NCBI RefSeq assembly: GCF_026210795.1
Contig: NC_089433.1
Coordinates: 3,844,001 to 3,908,000, forward strand
Origin: Rhizophagus irregularis
Lineage: Eukaryota
Reading direction: 5' to 3'
DNA length: 64,000 nucleotides
Shown here: positions 13,450 through 25,900 of the stretch, in pieces
Numbering within the stretch: the stretch's first letter is position 1
Layout: each line of letters begins with the position of its first letter
The notes under the pieces: model-generated
Told to the model about the DNA's origin: nothing
Database searches by the model: none
Seen by the model: the letters and a program-made list of their open reading frames with translations, nothing else
Translations under genes and position numbers: made by a program

Positions 13450-14964
13450 CTATCTCTTTATAATCTGAAATACTTCATAATCTTCTATTTGAAATTTATT
13501 TCCAGTATCTCTTATCATTTTTTCATAATGCAACTTTCCACAGTAACTTGTATCATAATTTGTAGATTCATTAGAAGCACGTATGATAATATCTCTACCA
13601 AAAAATGGACCATCGGCTCGACAATAACAAACTGCAAAATCAGCACCTGCATCTCGTACGTTACTAAAAATTGCATCTTTAATATTTTTATTTTTAAAAG
13701 AAAAAATAAAACTATCTTTAGTTTTACCCTTACAATAATCAATGGATTTCCATATTATAGGGTTGTATCCACCAATAATCTCTTCTGTTTCCTTTACTTT
13801 AATAAAAGTAACAGTATTAGGTTTACCATCACATAATTCATGAAATTTTTTTGGAGTAAATCCATCTCGACTTCCTCTTAATAATAATTCAAATTTGTAT
13901 GGTAAATATAATTCTCTTAAATGATCAAATTTTCCATTAATAATAATAATCGTTTTATTAATCCATCTTGAAACAGAAGAAACAAGAACTAAATCAACAA
14001 ATTTTGAATCAATAATTCTCTCAACTTTAATATTTCTAGGAGGTAAAATATTATCAGTTGGTTCAATATCAGGATCCATATGAGAATTTAATATATCTTC
14101 ATAGAGTTGATTATTTAAAAGCTTTTCATATGGACGAACTTTTAAGAATTCTTTGGATGATAAACTAAAAAATCTAATCCAAGGTAAACAATGTTCTAAG
14201 GTATTTTTCATTTTTTTGAAATCATCATCAGTCCAAGTTTTGGGATCTGGAATTAGGGTTTGGTTTTTTGCAAGTCCCCATTTTAATACGTTCTCCCAAA
14301 CTTCAACTTCTTTCATTTGTAAATCGTCTCTTTTAATAAGTGATATTAAAGATTTTTCAGAAAGTGAAGTAAAATTAAATGATTCAAGTATTTTTTCGGG
14401 AGATTGAGCCATTAATTTTGTACAAAATTCTTGAAGGTCTAATAAATTATTAGATGTTGAACTAATTTGTTGAGTAAATCCAAAATTTTGTATTATCCAC
14501 TCTGACTTATTTTCAATTAAAAATTTTTGTAAATAATTAACTAGTTCTTGAAGATGAAGTTCATCTGCGGCGGCCAAAATTTTAAGAAAATCTGAAGTGT
14601 CATGCTCATTCAACGAAAGAATACCACCATAAATATATCTATATTACAAAAATTTAATAAATATTAGAAATAATATATTATCCACCATAATTCATATTAA
14701 ATTTACTTACTCTATAATAATTTGAAATATTTCTGATGAAATATTTGGTAATTTAATATGAGTTAATACGTTATCGTTGTTCTTTTTATTAGAAGCTAAA
14801 ATTCGTCGTAAATATGGAGAACGGTAACACAAAATATTCATATGAGCACGAAATATTTTTACGTTAGGATCCTCACCAACTTCAATTGTAATATCATAAT
14901 ATTCATCGTCCTTCAATAATTCAATATAATTTTGACTTAATTTCGAAAAAAATTGAGTAGTCAT
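13450..14964 (-). CDS. BTB/POZ-BACK-TLDc protein, copy 4 (intact, 480 aa)
   Basis: join(14964-14711, 14638-13450); same motifs and same intron position as copy 2. Confidence 0.9.
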
Positions 14965-15143
14965 ATTGATTTTTAAAAAAAAAAGAATAAAGTTTTAACA
15001 AAATCCACAATTGTTTAAATTAAATATTAATGTGCATTGCGTCACCTACAACTTGTTTTAACGTTTCACTAGTTACTAAATAAATACTAATTACTAAAAG
15101 ATTTTCTTGAGGAATAGTTTAGAAATTTTTAGGCTATGATAAT

Positions 15144-15527
15144 TAGAGATGGTCAGTCGGTCCTGCGGTCTTTGATCGGTCCTGATCGGTCTTTAGGAAA
15201 TTTTTGGAAAAGTAATAAGGCTGTGCTTCCAATTTTTTGTAGCACAACAGAACTGATTAAAGACCAAAAAGTGGTAAATTTTGGTCTCAATCTAATCACC
15301 CAATTTAGAGCTAGGCAGGTTTTTATTTTGCCAAAACCAGTATTTTTTGCTTTTTTGGTCTTTTTCCAATTTCGCCTCTGCTGGTCTTAAAAAAAGAAGT
15401 ATAAAGGCCAAATTTTGACATTTATTGGTCTTTAGCCATACTTGCTGCGCCTTAAAAATTCAAGGGTGCATTCCTTATAACTTTCCCAAAGACCGTCCAG
15501 GACCGAAAGACCGACTGACCATCCTTA
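15144..15527. mobile_element. hAT-type MITE
   Basis: 8-bp TSD ATGATAAT (15136-15143, 15528-15535); TIRs TAGAGATGGTCAGTCGGTC / GACCGACTGACCATCCTTA; subterminal CGGTC repeats. Confidence 0.9.
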
Positions 15528-15739
15528 ATGATAATGAAATGAGAGGATTAAAAATTCAAACCAATTAAAAATAATAGAATATTTAAAATCAGAAAATTTT
15601 TTAAACTGATAACCGATCATGAAAACAAAATTTTGTGCCAAAACATTGTCGAATACCGCAAATTATCACGTCATTAAACTTAGATTCGGTACGCGGTCGA
15701 TTCTAATTTCTTTTTATTTGTAATAAAATACTGTTCGCA

Positions 15740-16165
15740 ATTAAAATATCACAAAAGTATAAGAATTTTATTAATTCTCATTTAACAGAACAACTTTTTT
15801 ATAAAGAATATTACAATTATCTGTAGAATCACTAGAAGCAATATCATGTTGACGAGTATAATTCAATGCACAATCAACTTTTTCTATATTACTAATAATT
15901 GTACTCAATATTCTTATTTTAAATAAAAAATATAACTGTTCGTGAAGGTTATCACGTTAACATGTTAAAGGGTTGTATCCATCAAGAATTTCTTCCATTC
16001 CTTTTACTTTATACAGAGCGAACAGTATTACATAATTCATTAAATTTTTTAGGAATAAATTGTAATCGTTCATATTTGATTAAATTAAATATTAAAGTAA
16101 ATAAAAATATTATGTTATTATCAGAAAATTCGAGTTAAAGTTTTATCAGTTTTATCACATGAATA
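15740..16165 (-). pseudogene. Heavily deleted TLDc-gene remnant with the family upstream motif
   Basis: GGGTTGTATCCATCAAGAATTTCTTCC...CATAATTCATTAAATTTTTTAGGAATAAAT matches the paralog segments encoding FTPKKFHELC and IIGGYNP; followed by the shared upstream motif. Confidence 0.55.
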
Positions 16166-19100
16166 GTTTTTATCTCGCAGATGGATAGCGTTTATTATGA
16201 AAGTTATTAGTTTCAATATTAAAGTATTCCAAAGAATTAAATCTATTCCCGGTGATGTATTGACTCGAAGTATAATTTCTGTAACTCATTAACCTGAAAA
16301 TAACATCATTGTGAAATTTGTAAGTGTTATACGATAATTTAACAATTTACATTTATATGATTCAGATATAAGTTTTATGGGCAGGGAGTATTATTTTTCT
16401 TAACTAATTTTCTTTTTTTTTTGTTAAGAATATTTTAGAAACATTTCAGAACTTTACTTAAGGACATTTGTTCTCGGATTTTCATGTATGAATTTTATGG
16501 GTGGGAACAGTTTATTTTTTATTAAGAATACTTCAGAAATTTTAAGTTTGTTTTAAGGCGTTTAAATGAAAGTATAAAGATAAACAAAGTAAGAAAAGAG
16601 ACGAAATCAAAATAAATGAAAAAAATTAAGATTTGATTACGAATAAAAAAATTAAAAAATTATGTCTGCTGAAATGCCAATTCAATAATTTAAGAAATGA
16701 AAGTGGGAATGGCGATGAAATTAAAATAAAAAAATGAAAGTATAAACTCACCCGATCATGAATAAAAATATAATCTAAAATAAAGGCAAGTAATAGTAAA
16801 TGAAAAATTAAATAAAGTACATATTTTTATCATTATCAGATTATTTGATAAAAAAATAATACAAATCATTATCAAAATATAAATATATAATATATATAAC
16901 AATTAACACAGTAATTTAAACACTTATTGCTATGATAAAAAATCTGCATCTTCCATAACTGAAAAAGATTCATAATAAAAGAAGGGAAAAAATAACGCCT
17001 AATAAAAATATATTTAGTAATAAGTAGAGACCAAAATAATATTAAAGCCAACAAATAAAGTTTAAAGAGAGTTGTAAATACAAAACATATTGTTAACTAG
17101 TGGAAATAATCAAATATTATTTATTACACAATTATTTACTTCTTTTTATAGTAAAAATTCAATTTTTTTGCATTTTACGCAAAAATGTTTCGTCTTGAGT
17201 TTAGAAAAACTTTTTCCTCTCGTAAAATTGCATATATCTCCAGTGTCAACCCACTATTTTTGTACCTTCTTTTAAAAGGCTTTAAAAAAGTTAACATAAA
17301 ATAATAGTATTCATTAGTAAGTATTTGATAATTCTTATCATTCTGACTGGTTGAAAACGTATAATATGAGTTTCTTTATAATATATTAAAAACAATAACT
17401 TTTAAACATAAATTTTATACATTATTTTTTTTAAAAATAAAATAAATAAAATTGTTGGCAACAAGTTTCTGCATTAATCTGAAGAACCGCTCAGCCTTCA
17501 AAAATTTTGAACCTAAACTTTTATTATAAATAATTTTAAATTTCATATTATTTTATAATTATTCTATTAAAAGTAAGAAAGAAAGAGAAGCAAAAAAGTT
17601 GAGTAAATCTATAATGTATGACGTAATTTTATTTCAATGTACTGTTACCGAAATATATCGGCAAGTAAAGGTCGACGGTTGGTTAAAATAAGTCATATAA
17701 ACACCAGGTTATCAACGGGATTCTTACTCAATACTACTTATCCGGTATTGTTCGTTAAGAATCGTCGAGATAAACACCTACAAAATACGATAATGATAAC
17801 ACACGTCGAGTAATAAATGAATAATATATCAAAACACACAGGAACAACAATAACGATACGATGTATAACGGTTTTATTAATAACGTTATGAAGTGATAGG
17901 ATTAAGGGTTTACAACGAAGCGATAATAAATGATAAAAAGTGATAGGAAAAGGATTTCTACTATAGCTGATAAAATACAATCTTCGGTACTGACTACTTT
18001 TATCAACGAGTTGGTGAAAGGTATTTATATCTATTCTCCATCTCTTTTTCCAACACCATCTATTATCATATCAAAATCTAATCTACCGATAGGTTCTAAA
18101 CACATAATGGAATATGTTTCATGGTAATATGGCTAATTACTATAATAGTAATAAAAATAACCATTATAAGCCCTCCTTTTGATAAGTTACGAATGACAAA
18201 TTCTATCAGTTGATTATTATTAATCAAATTATCCTTCATTAACTCTTATTATAGATCTTATACATCAATATACATCAATAATCTTTAAAAATACAGTTAT
18301 AGACAATAAATAAAATAATATATAATAATAATATAAACAATATTGTAATATATGATTATTCTATCGCTACATATGTAAAACTAATAATAAAAATAATAAT
18401 AAAATTGATAAAATAAAGAATATTATCTATATGGCTAATTTAATGTACACAACCTGCGGTCATAAATCGTTATGTAATGATAGAAATCGACATGGACACA
18501 AATTATATCGGATCGTCATATAAACATCGAATAACGTCGAACATCGGATGTGCATTTTATCGCGTAACAGTACCAAATGTACTAAATATGAAAATATACT
18601 GCATATTAATATTGCAAACTTTCTTTATTATATCAATCAATTTTCAAATGACTAATAAGTAACTTGTAATATATAGTCAATTATCAATGCATCATTCTTT
18701 ATTGTATGAACAATAGGGACCTCACAATCAATATCACCAAAAATATCCCAATTCTTCGATGATGTGTATAATAATTTGAACCAATTAAAATAGATTTCCC
18801 ACAAAGAGGATACAATAAAAGTACAAATTTTATTAATACCAATACAATTCATTAAAATAACATCAAAGAATTTTTACTTGCAATGAATTTACTATTAAGG
18901 AAATGGGCAAACTTTTTTTTAGCAAGTAAACATTTCAATAAATTTTTTAAAAACTCATCTCTTTCGCCCCTATAATTAACTATTTAGACTTGCCTCTTAG
19001 TACTCAAGATCAAATTAGTTATAACTATGTACACAGAGAAACTCTTATTATTACTCACAAAATCAAATACCTTAAGATAACCTCAACCAAATTATCCTTA

Positions 19101-19961
19101 ATTCTACACTGACTCAATTTGTTCTAGTTGACAAGTTCATGAAGAAAAACGAAAATATATAACAACATTCCATCATATTGTAAAATAGTTGGGATATGTG
19201 TTTGGATTAAGGCTAGAGTAAGCCAGGTTATAATATGTTAAGAATTTGGCTATGCATTACAGTATTAGAGTAAGTTAGTACTTACTATTATTTAAGGCTA
19301 ACTTTATCATCATCTGTTTTTTTCTATTTTGTTTTGATATGTACAAATTTTAATAGAAATAATCCTGCTTAACTAAGATTATGAAAAAAATCTCATAGTG
19401 AAACAAGTGTGAGAATTTTGGGCAAAATGCAAGGAAGGCTTTTATGGAATATCAATTATAGTTGTTGATAAGATTCAAAAAGAAAATTACTTTACCAAAA
19501 AATCAAAGAATCTATTGCACTTAAATTAAAAATATTATTAAAGCCATATGTATGACTTTCTTATCAAGTATATATTTATAATAATACTTTTGAATAAACA
19601 TATAGCTAATTTTACATTGGTGAATTGATATTGTTTATTATTTTTTAAATTGACTTTTCAGAAATTAATTTAAATATATAAGTATAATAAAAATGGTTAT
19701 TTAAATGACTTATATAAAGAACTCTCAAAAAAGTTTAATTATCCTTTATTGAAACCTTTTGATAAACAAAACAAAAAAAAATATAAAATATAGTTATAAT
19801 TTAATAAAAAAAAAATCTCAAAATTCCTAGAACTATGCTATAATGTTCAATAAATTCTAGAATATATATTCATATATTTTATTAAATACAATACCTATTT
19901 TCATTTCAATGATGAATTAGCTATTTATGAACTGTACTATAATCCATCAATATGGTTAAAT

Positions 19962-22900
19962 CTAAACTGTTGCTAAATTTTTTAATTCTTTTTTTTCTTG
20001 ATCTAATTCTAATTTCAATTCATTCAAATTTTTTCTCAATGAATTTATATCTTCTGCCATCATATTAGAATTTAATTGAATTTTGATTCCTTCCTGAGAA
20101 TTAGTAGCAAATTTAAAAATTTTGTAATTATCAAGATTAAAAGAATTCAACTTAAGAATATTTTCAATTATGAGGCTATTTTCCAACTCTTTATTTTTCT
20201 GAACAATTTTCTTTAAGGAATAATAATTTTTATTCAACTCTAACAATCCATCATTATATTTTACAAGAATATTTTGAAATTCTTTAGTGTATTTATCAGT
20301 CAATTTAGAGATTTTCATATCTCCAACAGAACCAATAGTATTTCTTTCCTTATTAATAGAACTTTCTAGATGATTACAGCAATTTTGTAGTTTTTCAATA
20401 GCTTCTTCTCGTAAAGTTAGGAAATTATCCTTAACTTTCAGAAAATCATTGGTTTGATTGAGAACCTGTTTTTTTCTATTGGCATTATAAGAAGCTGATG
20501 TTTTTGATAATTCTTGTTGGAGTTCATTCAACTCCTTTTGTTTAGCATCTTTTTCTTTGTGGATTTCCTTAGTATTTTTTCCACTAGTTAATTTATTTAA
20601 TAATTCCTCTTCAATTTCACTTAATTCTTTTCTTTTATCTTGTAGCTTTTTAATACGCTCTTGATCAAGGTTAATTAGTCTTTGTTCTAATTCATTTACT
20701 TTATCTTGTTTAATCTGTAAAGCTTGAATTAATTGCATTTTGATTTGTTCTTCAATGAACAATTTTTGTTCCAATTGATCAATTTCTTTTTCTAACTTGA
20801 CTTTCAATTTTATAGTAAGCTTTTGATCCTGTGAAAGACCACTCACCATATTTTGCAACCTGATTTTTTCTTGTTCTATTTGTTCATAATTAACTTGAAA
20901 CTGATTTAATCTATTTTCCAATTGCTCTTTTTGTTCAATTAAGCTTTCTTTGTGAGATTTTAATTCTTGAATAATAGCTTCTGTTTGAGCTAATTTTTCT
21001 TGCAATTTAGTTATTTCTCGCTTTAACTGGCTGATTTGATCTTGAACTTGCTGGTTAGTTAGTTTATTTTGTTCCAACTGTTCAGTTAAATTGGTTAAAT
21101 TGCCAGCTAAGTTTTGCTTTTCATTTTGCAGATCAATAATTTGGGTTTGTAAAATATTTTCTTTTTCTGCAAATTCTTTAATTTGTTCAGCTAAGTTAAG
21201 CCTCAGATTTTGATTATTTTGTTCAAATTTAAAATTCCTTTGTTGTGAATCAAAGAAATCATTTTCTAACTTAATATTTTCTTCTTCTATTTGAATTAAT
21301 TGATTTTTAAATTGAGAATTTCTTTGTTGTAAATTAACTAACTCATTTTGAGAACTTTGATAATAAGTTTCAGCAATCTTTTCTAATTTAAGATTTTCTT
21401 CTTCTGTTTGAATTAATTGATTTTTAAATTGATTTTGCTGAGATTTTGATTCTTGAATAATGGTTTCTGTTCGGACCAATTTATCTTGCAAATTATTTTT
21501 TTCTTGATTTAACTGACTGATTTGTTTTAACTGTTCAGTCAACTTACTATCTAAAACTTGCTTTTCATTTTGCAGATTTGCAATTTGGGTATTTTGTAGA
21601 GTTGAGTTTTGCTGTAAATTAACTAATTCCATTTGAATATTTTGTAATTCATTTTGAGAACTTTGATATTTTTGTTTTAATTTAAGATATCCTTGTAAAC
21701 CTTCTAGAATTCCATTTAATTCTTCACTAGTAAAATCAAGTAAATGACTTGTATAGCATGCTTTTGGATGAGATTTTACAATAAGGTTATTATGTTTAAT
21801 TGGTGCATTTATAAATTCCATAATATTGCTTTTTAATTCTTCATTAATATCTTCAATTTCCTTATTATAAGGAAGAAAAATCCAATTTTTAATAATATTT
21901 AAAACTTCTTTAGAAGATGGCCTTTTTAATGGATTTTCATCCCAGCATTTTTTCATTAAATCTATATAGCATTGCGGAGTATTTTCAATAATTTCAGGAC
22001 GTTCACCTTTACAAATACTTAAAGCAAGTTGAAGATCATGTGCTTTATCATTAAATGGTAGAATTTCAGATGCAAATTCCCACATAATTATAGAAAAACT
22101 ATATATATCACTAGCTTGAGTATAAGGTTGACCTCTTAAAATTTCAGGTGCTATAAATGGCAAAACTCCATAGATATTATTTTCTTTTAAAAAAGATTTT
22201 GCAAGTTGATATAATCCTAAGTAATCACTAATGAAAATTCCATATATATTTTCTCCATACTTGTTACATAAAATATTACCATTATGAAAGTTATAATGAA
22301 TAAGATCTTTTTTATGAATATCATTAAGACCTCTAATAATTTGATATAAACAAAATAATTTTTGTTCCCAATTTTTTGTTATTTCTGTTAAACATCTTTT
22401 TAAACTGCCCTTATTTGTATACTCCATTAATAATACATAATTCAAAGTATCTGGATCTTTTGTAAATCCATATATTCTAATAATTTTATATGAATTTTCA
22501 ATAATTTTCCACTACAAATAATAATATTTAGTTAATTAGTATAGATAAATTATAATATTTTAAAAAAAATAATACTTAATCATACTTCATTTAAAAATTC
22601 ATTTAAATTTTCATCTGAATTATTAAGATAATCAAAATATTTAAGAATTACTTCAGTATTTTTATATGTAGCTTTATATAAAGTACCAAATCCTCCTTTA
22701 TCAAAATATTCAATATTTTCAAATTTATCATAAGGAATCCATTTTAATTGATTTTTAGAAATAAATTGATTAACAATTTTACTTCCACTAGTACCAAATC
22801 TTTAAATATAAAAATGAAATTATATTAAAAATTAAAATTTAAATAAAATTTACAATTATAAATATTAAACAATATTAATTATACTTACTCTAAATAAAAT

Positions 22901-25900
22901 TATAAGATTTTAATATAATAAATAATTAATTAATTAGATTATAAATAAATAGTACAGTATATAATAACTTATAACTTACCAACTAAAAGATTTAATTATT
23001 ATGAGTAAATAATATATAATTATAATAAACTAAATATAAAAAATATAGGATTATTATAATTAAAAAATGCAATACTTACAGGCTAAAATATTTTGGGTGA
23101 TTTTTTAAATAATTTAATTAGTTTAAATTATATGTAAATATTATATAAATATAATAAATTACTTACATTCATAAATATCTGAATAATTTTTTAAATAAAG
23201 AATTTAGTTAGTTTAAATTATATGTAAATATTATATAAATATAATAGAATTAAATAAATAACTTATAACTTACCAACTAAAAGAAATTATAGAATAATTT
23301 TTTAAATAAAGAATTTAGTTAGTTTAAATTATATGTAAATATTATATAAATATAATAGAATTAAATAAATAACATACTCCCTATATTATTAAATAAATAA
23401 TTTTTTTAAATAAAGAATTTAGTTAGTTTAAATTATATGTAAATATTATATAAATATAATAAATTACTTACGAACTAAAATATTTGAAATAAAGAATTTA
23501 GTTGGTTTAAATTATATGCAAATATTATATAAATATAATAAATTACTTACGTTCTAAATATTTGAAATAAAGAATTTAGTTAGTTTAAATTATATGTAAA
23601 TATTATATAAATATAAAATAAATTACTTACGTTCTAAAATATTTGAATAATTTTTAAATAAAGAATTTAGTTAGTTTAAATTATATGTAAATATTATATA
23701 AATATAATAGAATTAAATAAATAACATACTCCCTATATTATTATTATATAAATAATTTTTTAAATAAAGAATTTAGTTAGTTTAAATTAAATGTAAATAT
23801 TATATAAATATAATAAATTACTTACGAACTAAAATATTTGAATAATTTTTTAAATAAAGAATTTAGTTAGTTTAAATTATATAAATATAATAGAATTAAA
23901 TAAATAACTTATAACTTACCAACTAAAAGAAATTATAGAATAATTTTTTAAATAAAGAATTTAGTTAGTTTAAATTATATGTAAATATTATATAAATATA
24001 ATAAATTACTTACGTTCTAAAATATTTGAATAATTTTTTAAATAAAGAATTTAGTTAGTTTAAATTATTTGTAAATATTATATAAATATAATAGAATTAA
24101 ATAAATAACATACTCTCTATATTATTAAATAAATAATTTTTCAAATAAAGAATTTAGTTAGTTTAAATTATATGTAAATATTATATAAATATAATAAATT
24201 ACTTACGTTCTAAAATATTTGAATCATTTTTTAAATAAAGAATTTAGTTAGTTTAAATTATATGTAAATATTATATAAATATAATAAATTACTTACGTTC
24301 TAAAATATTTGAATCATTTTTTAAATAAAGAATTTAGTTAGTTTAAATTATATGTAAATATTATATAAATATAATAAATTACTTACGTTCTAAAATATTT
24401 GAATAATTTTTTAAATAAAGAATTTAGTTAGTTTAAATTATATGTAAATAATATTACATAAATATAATAAATTACTTACGTTCTAAAATATTTGAATAAT
24501 TTTTTAAATAAAGAATTTAGTTAGTTTAAATTATATATATAAATATAATAAATTACTTACGTTCTAAAATATTTGAATAATTTTTTAAATAAAGAATTTA
24601 GTTAGTTTAAATTATATGTAAATATTATATAAATATAATAAATTACTTACGTTCTAAAATATTTGAATAATTTTTTAAATAAAGAATTTAGTTAGTTTAA
24701 ATTATTTGTAAATATTATATAAATATAATAGAATTAAATAAATAACATACTCTCTATATTATTAAATAAATAATTTTTCAAATAAAGAATTTAGTTAGTT
24801 TAAATTATATGTAAATATTATATAAATATAATAAATTACTTACGTTCTAAAATATTTGAATCATTTTTTAAATAAAGAATTTAGTTAGTTTAAATTATAT
24901 GTAAATATTATATAAATATAATAAATTACTTACGTTCTAAAATATTTGAATAATTTTTTAAATAAAGAATTTAGTTAGTTTAAATTATATGTAAATATTA
25001 TATAAATATAATAGAATTAAATAAATAACATACTCCCTATATTATTATTAAATAAATAATTTTTTAAATAAAGAATTTAGTTAGTTTAAATTATATGTAA
25101 AATATTATATAAATATAATAGAATTAAATAAATAACATACTCCCTATATTATTAAATAAATAATTTTTTTAAATAAAGAATTTAGTTAGTTTAAATTATA
25201 TGTAAATATTATATAAATATAATAAATTACTTACGTTCTAAAATATTTGAATAATTTTTTAAATAAAGAATTTAGTTAATTTAAATTATATGTAAATATT
25301 ATATAAATATAAAATAAATTACTTACGTTCTAAAATATTTGAATAATTTTTAAATAAAAAATTTAGTTAGTTTAAATTATATGTAAATATTATATAAATA
25401 TAATAGAATTAAATAAATAACATACTCCCTATATTATTAAATAAATAATTTTTTAAATAAAGAATTTAGTTAGTTTAAATTATATGTAAATATAATATAT
25501 TAAACAAATAACTTACACCCTGTAGTATTATTAATTAATAATAATTATAAAGTAAAGTAATTATAATCAATTAGATAAAATATTATAATTGTATATAAAA
25601 ATTAAGTATATACAGTAACTTACAATCTAATTATTTAAATAAATAATATTATTAGTTTAAATTATAAATACTCTTAAATTAATATAAAATTAAATACTTA
25701 CTTTCTATAATATTAGTAATTATTAAAGAATTATATCAATAGAAAATTTAGTTATTTAAAATATCATGTAAAATACAATAAAAAAAAAATAGCTATTAAC
25801 TTACTAACTATAATAATATTAATAATAAAATAAATTATTTGGTTATATAAAATAATAGAAGTAAGTAATTTAATTATCATTCCGATTATAAGATAACCTA

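Noticed and set aside
2790..14407. Plus-strand ORFs such as MDDKLKNLIQGKQ recurring in each BTB copy
   Set aside because: Antisense shadows of the conserved minus-strand genes.
17700..18860. Coding-like composition with short ORFs
   Set aside because: No recognisable motif or consistent splice model.
23170..25500. CRISPR-like array or plain satellite
   Set aside because: Eukaryotic context, no unique spacers and no cas genes; the variable positions coincide with splice-site-bounded triplets that complete an ORF.
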